From contig CAZEPW010000012.1 in NCBI GenBank assembly GCA_964514215.1, forward strand, positions 834 to 64,833: a stretch of DNA of 64,000 nucleotides, read 5' to 3'. The translations under genes were made by a program, and so were the position numbers. The notes under the pieces are model-generated. The model had not been told where the DNA came from. It saw only the letters and a list, made by a program, of their open reading frames with translations, and searched no databases. This document shows, one piece after another, positions 1 to 8,148 of the stretch. How positions within the stretch are numbered: position 1 is the first letter of the stretch; every line of letters begins with the position of its first letter. The DNA is from an uncultured Thioalkalispiraceae bacterium (GTDB taxonomy: Bacteria > Pseudomonadota > Gammaproteobacteria > UBA6429 > Thiohalophilaceae).

Positions 1-1716
1 CTTACTATAAACATAAGAAACACTTGTTTCGACGTTCCATTGGTTAATTGCGCGCATATAGCTTGCTTCAATACCGCTTGAACTACTGTCAGCATTATTT
101 GCGTATTTATCGCCAAAGCCATCATTGTCAGTATCAATGGTGCGAATACCGTTTTGCCATTTACTGGAAAATAGTACGATTTCAATTTTTTGGTGTGCCA
201 TTTTTTTAAGATAAACTAATTCCAAAGTATTAATTGTTTCTGGTTTTAAATTTAAGTCTCCGGTTTGAAATGGTGATCCATAAAGTTCATTCGCTGTTGG
301 TGCTTTAAAGGCGTTGCCATAGAGTATTTTTAATGCTGATGATTTATCAAGGTGTTTTATTAAACCGAGGCGAGGTGATATTTGTTTGCCGAAATCACTA
401 TAGCTGTCTAATCGAAAACCATATCGAAAATCATATTGTGTGTTAGCAAATGTGGTTTTGGCATCGACTAAAAAACTATTTAATTTTCGTGATTTAAATC
501 CAAAGGCTAACGGTGCATTTAAAATCACTGTTTGATCCGGTTGTGTTATTTTTCGATAGGCATTTTTTGTGTCTGACATTCTAATTTCTAATGCCATACT
601 GAGTTGTGTATTTTGGCTAAGTTTTTTGTTTCGATAAACTAATTTTCCGATAGCTTGTGTTTCTTTATCAACAACGATTGTTATTCGATTACCATTGGAT
701 AATATTCTGGAGTGTTTTCTGCCTTCAGACCAATTACTTGCGTGAAATACCAAGTCACTGTTTTTGCCGAGATTCCATTTTATTTCAGCTTTTATCATGG
801 CGAGATGGGTATCTGCATTGGATACATCATTTTCCGGGACGGCTGAACCATCAAAATAAAAATTATTGTTATTATATAAATTGTAATAAATGCCGAATTT
901 GTGTGATATTTTATTTTGTTGATTGGATTCCAGTTTTATCGAACTAGTGTAAGAGCCATATTGGTAGTTTCGTTCGTTAGTTTGTAAATTAGAGGAATTA
1001 TCAAAATATTGGTATTTAAAATTTTGATTGGGCTGGCCGCTTCCGGAAACCGCGATGTTTAAACGCCATTGATTAGTTAATGCAAAACTTCCAAGATATG
1101 AAGCATTTTTATAAGCATTGCTGGCCGCTTGTAAGGTAATTTTTTGAATATCTTGTTGTGACTCAAATGCGCTTAATGATACCACACCATGAAAAGCTTC
1201 TGCGCCATATAATGCTGAGCCCGGACCACGGATAACTTCAATACTGCTTAAAGTATCGAGTTGAATATTGGGATGATCCAATTGCGCCGTTCCAACTGGT
1301 AAGGCATTAATGGGGATGCCATCCCACAATGTTTGCACACCACTGCCATTAACATTAGGAAATCCTCGAACTACCCATCGTTTTGAGCCTAAAAAATGCG
1401 GCATTGCGGTTAGCCCGGGCATGTAGCCTATTGCATCATCGAGTCGTCGGGCACCTCTTTTTTGCCAATATTTCGACGTTATAACGGTAACTGTCGAACC
1501 CGCATCAAGGTTTGTTTCTGGGAAAAACGACGTTGTGGTAATCGGAATGTTAAATAATTCTTCTAACGTTAAATCAAAAAAATCTGGGGATGTTGTTAAA
1601 TCAGTTTCCGCTGCATTAAGAGCAGTATTTTGTAGAATAATTAGAGATGAAAAACCAACGATAAGATTTGTTCGTAGTTTTGAAGTAAATTGCCAATGTA
1701 ACGATTGATTCGACAT
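1..1716 (-). CDS. TonB-dependent outer-membrane receptor, partial (C-terminus lies beyond window start)
   Basis: Manual reverse-strand translation from the ATG at 1716..1714 stays open for all 572 codons down to position 1. It starts MSNQSLHWQF..., has a signal-like N-terminus, the plug motif IEVIRGPGSALYGAEAFHGVV, and barrel motifs YGNAFKAPTANELY and GDLNLKPE. It is missing from the ORF track only because no stop codon lies inside the window. Confidence 0.85.
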   Translation of the reverse strand, partial: MSNQSLHWQFTSKLRTNLIVGFSSLIILQNTALNAAETDLTTSPDFFDLTLEELFNIPITTTSFFPETNLDAGSTVTVITSKYWQKRGARRLDDAIGYMPGLTAMPHFLGSKRWVVRGFPNVNGSGVQTLWDGIPINALPVGTAQLDHPNIQLDTLSSIEVIRGPGSALYGAEAFHGVVSLSAFESQQDIQKITLQAASNAYKNASYLGSFALTNQWRLNIAVSGSGQPNQNFKYQYFDNSSNLQTNERNYQYGSYTSSIKLESNQQNKISHKFGIYYNLYNNNNFYFDGSAVPENDVSNADTHLAMIKAEIKWNLGKNSDLVFHASNWSEGRKHSRILSNGNRITIVVDKETQAIGKLVYRNKKLSQNTQLSMALEIRMSDTKNAYRKITQPDQTVILNAPLAFGFKSRKLNSFLVDAKTTFANTQYDFRYGFRLDSYSDFGKQISPRLGLIKHLDKSSALKILYGNAFKAPTANELYGSPFQTGDLNLKPETINTLELVYLKKMAHQKIEIVLFSSKWQNGIRTIDTDNDGFGDKYANNADSSSSGIEASYMRAINQWNVETSVSYVYSK

Positions 1717-1768
1717 TTGTTGGAAATTTGCGTCAATAAGGGCTTTTAAGTCATCAAATCTTATTTTT

Positions 1769-1811
1769 TTAACCCGAGATTCCCGCTAAAAAAATACGGA
1801 AACCATAAGAG
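1769..1811 (+). repeat. Solo hairpin module of the intergenic repeat family (full copy at 54412..54562)
   Basis: ttaacccGAGATTCCCGCtaaaaaaataCGGAAaccataagag aligns with ttaacgcGAGATTCCGGCtccaaaaaatgaCTGGAATgagag at 27834..27875. Confidence 0.5.
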
Positions 1812-1896
1812 CTGCGTTGGTAAATCTAAAAGACGACTTAATATGAAGTTGTTCTAATATATAGTAAAAATTAAATAAAAAGTCAAAGTCTCAGGG

Positions 1897-1946
1897 AATT
1901 CGAATTATATTTTAATTTAAGTTCCTATCATTTCAAATTCGAATTT
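1897..1946. promoter_or_regulatory. Two copies of the palindrome AATTCGAATT (1897..1906 and 1936..1945), 39 bp centre to centre; candidate operator pair
   Basis: The exact 10-bp self-complementary sequence occurs twice in the divergent TBDR/ccoN intergenic region. The second copy extends to the 12-bp palindrome AAATTCGAATTT. Confidence 0.3.
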
Positions 1947-2100
1947 AGATTGGTCGCGTGTTTGTTCTTTGTTTTATGTTATCCGATTGTTTGTTTTTAT
2001 AATTATATAAAATAAAAGTTAAATAAATTATTTATTATCCGATACTGTTGGTATGCCGTTTATTGTAGTGGCTGTTATGTATTTAATTATGCAAATTTAA

Positions 2101-2125
2101 TAACGTGTTTTAATCACGTTATAAT
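2101..2125. promoter_or_regulatory. Inverted repeat TAACGTG-N7-CACGTTA overlapping a TATAAT hexamer (2120..2125)
   Basis: Perfect 7-bp arms seen directly in the sequence. No known regulator is assigned. Confidence 0.25.
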
Positions 2126-2184
2126 ATTTATGAGGATATATGGTGATTTAATATCGACCGACTATAGTTTAGGTAGAAATTTAA

Positions 2185-2198
2185 CTGATTTAAGTCAG
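2185..2198 (+). promoter_or_regulatory. FNR/Anr-like box upstream of ccoN (CTGAT-TTAA-GTCAG versus consensus TTGAT-N4-ATCAA)
   Basis: An imperfect CRP/FNR-family palindrome about 50 bp upstream of a TATAAT at 2241..2246. cbb3 operons are classically FNR/Anr activated. The match is partial and the transcription start site is unknown. Confidence 0.3.
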
Positions 2199-2345
2199 TA
2201 AAATTTCAGTTAACACTACTCAGACTTGTAATAGATAGGGTATAATCATTATAATATTAGAATATATTAATGTATATTCTAATTCTCAACTTACACATGT
2301 TTTGAATAAATAAGAAACAAAAATCACTATTTCACGAGGTATAGC

Positions 2346-3800
2346 ATGTCCGCAAGCACTGGACGTTCAGTCGAGCAATACAATTACGACATCATTAAAA
2401 AATTTACTATAATGTCTGTTATCTGGGGCGTTATTGGAATGAGCGTTGGGGTTTATATCGCGTCAGAATTAACTTGGCCGATAATGAATTTTGATATTCC
2501 TTATATAACCTTCGGTCGTTTACGTCCGGTTCATACTACCTTGGTTATTTTTGGTTTTGGCGGTAGTGCTTTATTTGCAACGTCATATTATGTCGTCCAA
2601 AGAACTTGTCAAGTGCGGTTAGCGAATGACGGTTTAGCCACTTTTACTTTTTGGGGTTGGCAAATAGCAGTAACATTGGCCGCTATTTCTTATATGGCAG
2701 GTTATACCCAAGCACGTGAATATGCTGAAATGGTTTGGCCGATTGATATATTAATTACGGTCACTTGGGTTGCTTATTTATTGCTTTATGTTTTAACACT
2801 TCGAAAACGATCTCAACCTCATATCTATGTAGCAAACTGGTTTTTTATTGCGTTTATTTTAGCGACAGCTATTTTGCATATTTTTAATAATATGGAAGTG
2901 CCTGTTGGTTTGTTTTCCTTGAAATCATATAGCTTGCACGCAGGTGTTCAAGATGCCATGACGCAATGGTGGTATGGCCATAATGCAGTAGGATTTTTCT
3001 TAACAGCTGCATTTCTTGGGATGATGTATTATTTTGTGCCTAAGCAAGTAGGGCGTCCGGTTTATTCATATCGTTTATCGATTATTCATTTTTGGGCGTT
3101 ATCATTCTTATATATGTGGGTTGGTGCGCATCACTTACATTGGACAGCACTTCCAGATTGGACTTCAACACTAGCAGCAACGTTTTCAATTTTATTATTG
3201 CTGCCTTCATGGGGTGGCATGATCAACGGCATTATGACCTTATCGGGTGCTTGGGATAAATTACGTTCTGATCCAATTATACGGTTTATGATCGTCGCAT
3301 TATCTTTTTATGGTATGTCGACTTTTGAAGGGCCATTACTGGCACTGAAAAGTGTTAACGCGTTATCACATTATACCGATTGGACAATTGGTCATGTACA
3401 TTCTGGTGCTTTGGGTTGGGTTGCGTTTATCACCTTTGGTTCGTTTTACCACTTAATTCCCCGGTTATGGGATACCAAAATGTACAGTGAAAAATTAATT
3501 TTCGTGCATTTCTGGTTGGGTACGATTGGCGTAGTACTTTATATTAGTGCGCTTTGGGTTGCAGGTATTGGACAAGGATTAATGCTTCGTGCTTTTGATG
3601 TCTTTGGTAATTTGAATTATACCTTTATTGAGTCGGTTAAATTCTTGCATGTACCATATGCAATTCGGTTCTTGGGTGGTTTGCTGTTTGTTGCAGGTAT
3701 GATTTTAATGGCATTTAATGTTTACATGACTATTCGAAATGCCAGCAAAGAACAAGCTGCAATTGAAGCAAAAATTGCTGCTAAGTTAGCAAAAGCCTAA
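2346..3800 (+). CDS. ccoN: cbb3-type cytochrome c oxidase subunit I
   Basis: 484 aa polytopic haem-copper oxidase with [11 protein letters not shown] and HHLHW motifs. It is followed by ccoOQP. Confidence 0.97.
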   Translation: MSASTGRSVEQYNYDIIKKFTIMSVIWGVIGMSVGVYIASELTWPIMNFDIPYITFGRLRPVHTTLVIFGFGGSALFATSYYVVQRTCQVRLANDGLATFTFWGWQIAVTLAAISYMAGYTQAREYAEMVWPIDILITVTWVAYLLLYVLTLRKRSQPHIYVANWFFIAFILATAILHIFNNMEVPVGLFSLKSYSLHAGVQDAMTQWWYGHNAVGFFLTAAFLGMMYYFVPKQVGRPVYSYRLSIIHFWALSFLYMWVGAHHLHWTALPDWTSTLAATFSILLLLPSWGGMINGIMTLSGAWDKLRSDPIIRFMIVALSFYGMSTFEGPLLALKSVNALSHYTDWTIGHVHSGALGWVAFITFGSFYHLIPRLWDTKMYSEKLIFVHFWLGTIGVVLYISALWVAGIGQGLMLRAFDVFGNLNYTFIESVKFLHVPYAIRFLGGLLFVAGMILMAFNVYMTIRNASKEQAAIEAKIAAKLAKA

Positions 3801-3826
3801 TTAATTATTAGTATCAGGAAAATTAA

Positions 3827-4576
3827 ATGAAGCATGAACAAATAGAAACAAACTCTGGTTTACTAATTATTTTAACCTTGTTTGTTATTAGTATTGGTGG
3901 TTTAGTTGAAATTTTGCCACTGTATTTTATTGACGACACAATTGAAGAAGTGAAGTATGAGGGCAAAGAAACCATTCGCCCTTACACACCACTTGAATTA
4001 TTAGGTCGTGATATTTATCAACGAGAAGGCTGTTATTTATGTCATTCGCAAATGATTCGTCCATTTAGAGATGAAGCATTACGCTATGGACATTATTCAT
4101 TAGCGGCTGAATCTCAATACGATCATCCGTTTCAGTGGGGCTCAAAACGTACCGGGCCAGATTTAGCACGAGTTGGTAAAAAATATTCTAACGCATGGCA
4201 TGTGCAGCATTTAGATAAACCGCGTTCAGTGATGCCGGATTCAATCATGCCTAACTATCCTTGGTTGTTAAAGAACAAACTTGAATACAAAGATATTGCC
4301 GATAGATTGCGTTCATTAAAAATGGTTGGTGTACCCTACTCTGCACGACAATCTGAGTTTGATACGAATACCACACGTTTTGGTGCAGACGTTGCTAAGA
4401 TGTTAGATATTAATCAGGCGGAAAAAAACTTAATTCAACAAGCTGCTGAAGGCAACTATGATGGTAACCGAGACGATATTACAGAAATGGATGCGTTAGT
4501 AGCTTATTTGCAGATGCTTGGCACCATGGTTGATTTTAAGAAATTTGATGATGGGCATTTTGCCAAGTTTAGATAA
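3827..4576 (+). CDS. ccoO: cbb3-type cytochrome c oxidase subunit II (monohaem)
   Basis: N-terminal TM helix, a single CYLCHS haem-c site, and the conserved GPDLARVG motif. Confidence 0.96.
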   Translation: MKHEQIETNSGLLIILTLFVISIGGLVEILPLYFIDDTIEEVKYEGKETIRPYTPLELLGRDIYQREGCYLCHSQMIRPFRDEALRYGHYSLAAESQYDHPFQWGSKRTGPDLARVGKKYSNAWHVQHLDKPRSVMPDSIMPNYPWLLKNKLEYKDIADRLRSLKMVGVPYSARQSEFDTNTTRFGADVAKMLDINQAEKNLIQQAAEGNYDGNRDDITEMDALVAYLQMLGTMVDFKKFDDGHFAKFR

Positions 4577-4594
4577 TTTTGGATTTGGACAATA

Positions 4595-4816
4595 GTGATG
4601 AGTGAGATTTTTTCTTGGTTAACAAAAATGGAATATACCAAACCGTTTGTGTTGGTATTATTTTTTGTTACCTTTGTATTGCTAGTTTATTATGTTTATA
4701 GCAATAAAAGACGTAGCTCAAGGCTAGAGTCATACAAAAATATCCCATTTCAAAATGATGACGATCACTCTGACAATACGCCAGAAAGTGACTCAGACGA
4801 TAACATTAAAAAGTAA
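4595..4816 (+). CDS. ccoQ: cbb3-type cytochrome oxidase small subunit CcoQ
   Basis: 73 aa, one TM helix and an acidic tail, positioned between ccoO and ccoP. The start may be the ATG at 4598. Confidence 0.8.
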   Translation: MMSEIFSWLTKMEYTKPFVLVLFFVTFVLLVYYVYSNKRRSSRLESYKNIPFQNDDDHSDNTPESDSDDNIKK

Positions 4817-4826
4817 GTAAAAAATT

Positions 4827-5753
4827 ATGGTAGATAAAACTAAAAAATCTAAATCAGCGGCTCAAACAACCGGTCATGCTTGGGATGGTGATATCCAAGA
4901 ATTTAATAATCCATTACCAAACTGGTGGGTATGGGGTTTTTATGCAACAGTGGTTTTCTCCATTGTATATTGGATCTTTTATCCAAGTTGGCCTATTGGT
5001 GATGGTTATCTTAAAGGTGCGTTTAATGATATTGAATATGTAACTAAGGATGGCAAAAGTCACAAGACTCATTGGAATACTCGTGCATTATATTTAAAAG
5101 AAATGCAAGTGGCACGTGAGAAGCAACAGAAGTACGTAGATCAAGTGCAACAATCTAGTTTTGATAAAATTACTAAAGATCAGGCTTTATCTGAATTCGT
5201 TAATTCAAAAGCAAAAGTTTTATTTGCTGATAATTGTGCTCCATGTCATCAAGTTGGTGCTGGCGGAGTTATTGGCGCATATCCTAATCTAGTTGATGAT
5301 AGTTGGTTATGGGGAGGCAGTTTTGATGATATTCAAAATACCATTCAAAATGGTCACCAAGGTTATATGCCTGAATTTGAAAAAACGTTGAATGAAACGC
5401 AATTAACTGATGTCGCTTCTTATGTATTGAGTTTATCGATTACTGGTAATGCTAATGCTGCGAGCATATCTAAAGGCAAAGAAATTTTTAATGGTCAAAC
5501 CGGTGGTTGTCATTATTGTCATGGCATTACGGCAACTGGATTAAAAAGTACTGGTTCGGCTAATTTGACCGATAGTATTTGGACAATTGCAAATGTCCCT
5601 AATGCTACATCATATGACGAAAAATTAACTGCTGTGAAATCGGTTATTCGTACTGGTGTTACACGAGAGATGCCATCGTGGTTAGATCGGTTATCACCAA
5701 CGGAAATCAAAATTTTATCTGTTTATGTTCATGAATTAGGTGGCGGTAAATAA
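4827..5753 (+). CDS. ccoP: cbb3-type cytochrome c oxidase subunit III (dihaem)
   Basis: N-terminal TM helix plus two CxxCH sites (CAPCH, CHYCH). Confidence 0.95.
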   Translation: MVDKTKKSKSAAQTTGHAWDGDIQEFNNPLPNWWVWGFYATVVFSIVYWIFYPSWPIGDGYLKGAFNDIEYVTKDGKSHKTHWNTRALYLKEMQVAREKQQKYVDQVQQSSFDKITKDQALSEFVNSKAKVLFADNCAPCHQVGAGGVIGAYPNLVDDSWLWGGSFDDIQNTIQNGHQGYMPEFEKTLNETQLTDVASYVLSLSITGNANAASISKGKEIFNGQTGGCHYCHGITATGLKSTGSANLTDSIWTIANVPNATSYDEKLTAVKSVIRTGVTREMPSWLDRLSPTEIKILSVYVHELGGGK

Positions 5754-5787
5754 CGCTTATGTTATGAATGTAGTTTCAATATGCATT

Positions 5788-5818
5788 AAAAGGATAAGCA
5801 TTTATTGTTTGTCCTTTT
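5788..5818 (+). terminator. Weak hairpin plus T-run between ccoP and ccoG
   Basis: AAAAGGA-N17-TCCTTTT followed by further T residues. The stem is A/U-rich and the loop is long. Confidence 0.3.
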
Positions 5819-5864
5819 TTTGTATAGGCAATATAAAAATATAGAAGCAAAGTGAATAGTCATT

Positions 5865-7277
5865 ATGAATGATAAAATCATTCAAGAGCGCATACCTGTT
5901 GTTCCTCGATCTGTTAAAGGGCGGTATCGATATATAAAAACCGCGATCCTGTTATTTGCGTATAGCGTATATTTTTTATTGCCGTGGGTACCGTGGTCGC
6001 GAACTATTGGACCTAATCAAGCCATTTTATTTGATATTGTGGATCGTCATTTTTATATTTTTGGCCTTGTTGTTTATGCTCAAGATATTTTTTGGTTAGC
6101 CGGTTTATTGCTGATAGCTGCAATGTTGTTGTTTTTTATAACGGGAATATTAGGTCGTGTTTTTTGCGGTTATTTTTGTTTTCAAACATTATGGACTGAT
6201 GTTTTTATTTTTATCGAATACCTTGTGCAAGGTGAGCGTAATGCTCGAATAAAGCTCATTAATAGTGAATGGAATAATAATAAAATTTTTAAAAAGATCT
6301 TCACGCACTTTTTATGGATTTTGATGTCACTAGTAACTGGTTTAACGTTTACACTCTATTGGGGTTATGCTCCTGAACTTTTAGAGCAAGTTTTAACAGG
6401 CTCGGCTCCTTTTGCAGCATATGCTACAACGTTGTTTTTAGCCACAACAACGTATTTTATGGCAGGTTTGGCACGTGAACAAACATGCACTTATATGTGT
6501 CCTTATGCTCGATTTCAAGCGGCAATGTTTGATAAAAATACTTTAACTGTTACTTATGATCAAAGCCGTGGTGAACGCGATAAAGGCAGAGAAAAACCGC
6601 GTTCTGGAATGACGGAACACGATGTACGGATAGAAAATGGTGTGGGTGATTGTATTGACTGTGGTTTTTGTGTTCAAGTTTGCCCAACCGGAATTGATAT
6701 TCGAGATGGTATTCAATACGAGTGTATCACTTGCGCTTTATGTATTGATGCTTGTGATATTATAATGGATAAAATTGGGTATCCAAAAGGTTTAATTCGT
6801 TATAGTTCAGAAGTGAAAGAGCAAGGCGAAAAAACACAATGGTTTCGTCTTAACGTAGTTGGTTATGGTTTTATTACTTTATTGACAATATTCCTACTCT
6901 CATGGAGTATCGCTACTCGAGATCAATTAGAGTTGATTGTCCAAAAAGTTCGGCAGCCATTATCCGTTACATTATCTGATGGTCGTGAACAAAATCGTTA
7001 CGAGATTAAAATTAATAACAAAACCACAACACCGATGGAATTCAATATTAAAATTGTTGGATTAAAATATTCAGAACTCACCATTGGCGATTTCGATCAC
7101 TATATTGTTAATGCTCAAAGCACGGTTCGAATACAAGCTAAAGTTAGGCAGCATCCAAAAGATGCAACAGCTACAAGACAATCATTTCAGTTTATTGTTG
7201 AGCCTGAAGGCCGTACAGATTTAAAAGATATAGCTTGGACATCGATTTTCTCTATACCGAATTCTAGAATTAAATAG
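5865..7277 (+). CDS. ccoG: cbb3 oxidase accessory protein CcoG (membrane 4Fe-4S ferredoxin)
   Basis: CGYFCFQT motif plus CIDCGFCVQVCP and CITCALCIDAC clusters. Located in the ccoGHIS context. Confidence 0.93.
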   Translation: MNDKIIQERIPVVPRSVKGRYRYIKTAILLFAYSVYFLLPWVPWSRTIGPNQAILFDIVDRHFYIFGLVVYAQDIFWLAGLLLIAAMLLFFITGILGRVFCGYFCFQTLWTDVFIFIEYLVQGERNARIKLINSEWNNNKIFKKIFTHFLWILMSLVTGLTFTLYWGYAPELLEQVLTGSAPFAAYATTLFLATTTYFMAGLAREQTCTYMCPYARFQAAMFDKNTLTVTYDQSRGERDKGREKPRSGMTEHDVRIENGVGDCIDCGFCVQVCPTGIDIRDGIQYECITCALCIDACDIIMDKIGYPKGLIRYSSEVKEQGEKTQWFRLNVVGYGFITLLTIFLLSWSIATRDQLELIVQKVRQPLSVTLSDGREQNRYEIKINNKTTTPMEFNIKIVGLKYSELTIGDFDHYIVNAQSTVRIQAKVRQHPKDATATRQSFQFIVEPEGRTDLKDIAWTSIFSIPNSRIK

Positions 7278-7295
7278 GATATCTAGGGACATAAT

Positions 7296-8111
7296 ATGAT
7301 TGTTACTTTAAGCAGTGGTGTATTAATAATTACCATTTTATTTTTCGTATTAAAGTGGTTAACAAAAATTCCATCTAACAGCATTGGCGCAATTGTTGCG
7401 GTGATTACCTTAGTTGTTTTTATGCCAGTTGCGATAATTTATTGGCCCGGTGGTGATATCTTTGCGATTCATCTCGCGATCTACATGGTTACCGTTTATG
7501 GTTTATCCGTTATTGCTAGCCGTCGTGAAAAAAATAGTAGAGTGCATTGGGCTCCTGTGACTATTATTAGTTTTTTTGTGTTATTAGTATTAGTCGATTC
7601 CTTTTTTGTGACAATAGCGGATAAGGGCTTGAGTTCGCAAGTGGCTGATTTTGTATTACCGGAATCTGATAATGATTCTAAGGCAACCTATAATTATCCG
7701 GGTAAAGTGGTTCATGATTATTACCAAAAAGAAAATCTATATAATGAATACTTAGAGAATATTGAGGCTCGAAAACAGAGTCAGTGGAAAATTCGTAAAG
7801 GCTGGTTAACACTACCGTTAGTTAATCAACCGACTATTTTTCAAATAGAAATCAAAGATAAAAATGCTAAAAGCATCACTCAGGCTATAATCTCCGGTAA
7901 ATTCGTTCGTTATTCAAATAGTCGGCTTGACACGGATTTTTCAATGACACACATTGAAGATGGCGTTTATCAGGTTAAAGTTAGTCTACCAGAACCCGGG
8001 CGCTGGGGACTGGTTCTAAAGATTAAACATGCTGCAATTGTCTATGAATTAGTCGGTAGTACGACCGTCGGCTTTCAAAAGGATGGGAATCGCGATAAAA
8101 TAACAAATTAA
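7296..8111 (+). CDS. ccoH: FixH/CcoH-family protein with an extended polytopic N-terminus
   Basis: Sits between ccoG and ccoI. VVHDYYQKENLYN...WKI and the C-terminal beta-rich domain resemble FixH. There are four predicted TM helices rather than one. Confidence 0.7.
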   Translation: MIVTLSSGVLIITILFFVLKWLTKIPSNSIGAIVAVITLVVFMPVAIIYWPGGDIFAIHLAIYMVTVYGLSVIASRREKNSRVHWAPVTIISFFVLLVLVDSFFVTIADKGLSSQVADFVLPESDNDSKATYNYPGKVVHDYYQKENLYNEYLENIEARKQSQWKIRKGWLTLPLVNQPTIFQIEIKDKNAKSITQAIISGKFVRYSNSRLDTDFSMTHIEDGVYQVKVSLPEPGRWGLVLKIKHAAIVYELVGSTTVGFQKDGNRDKITN

Positions 8112-8148
8112 TGTCAGTTGATATCCGATAAGAGTGGTTTGAGTAAGT

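Noticed and set aside
657-947. 96-aa plus-strand ORF from the track
   Set aside because: It lies antisense within the 572-codon open frame of the TonB-dependent receptor. The composition is Cys/Phe/Tyr-rich junk with no SD. The receptor frame explains the region.
2241-2256. Fur-box-like TATAATCATTATAAT upstream of ccoN, in the TBDR divergent region
   Set aside because: It matches only about half of the 19-bp Fur consensus. It lies more than 500 bp from the receptor start and coincides with a probable -10 element in very AT-rich DNA.
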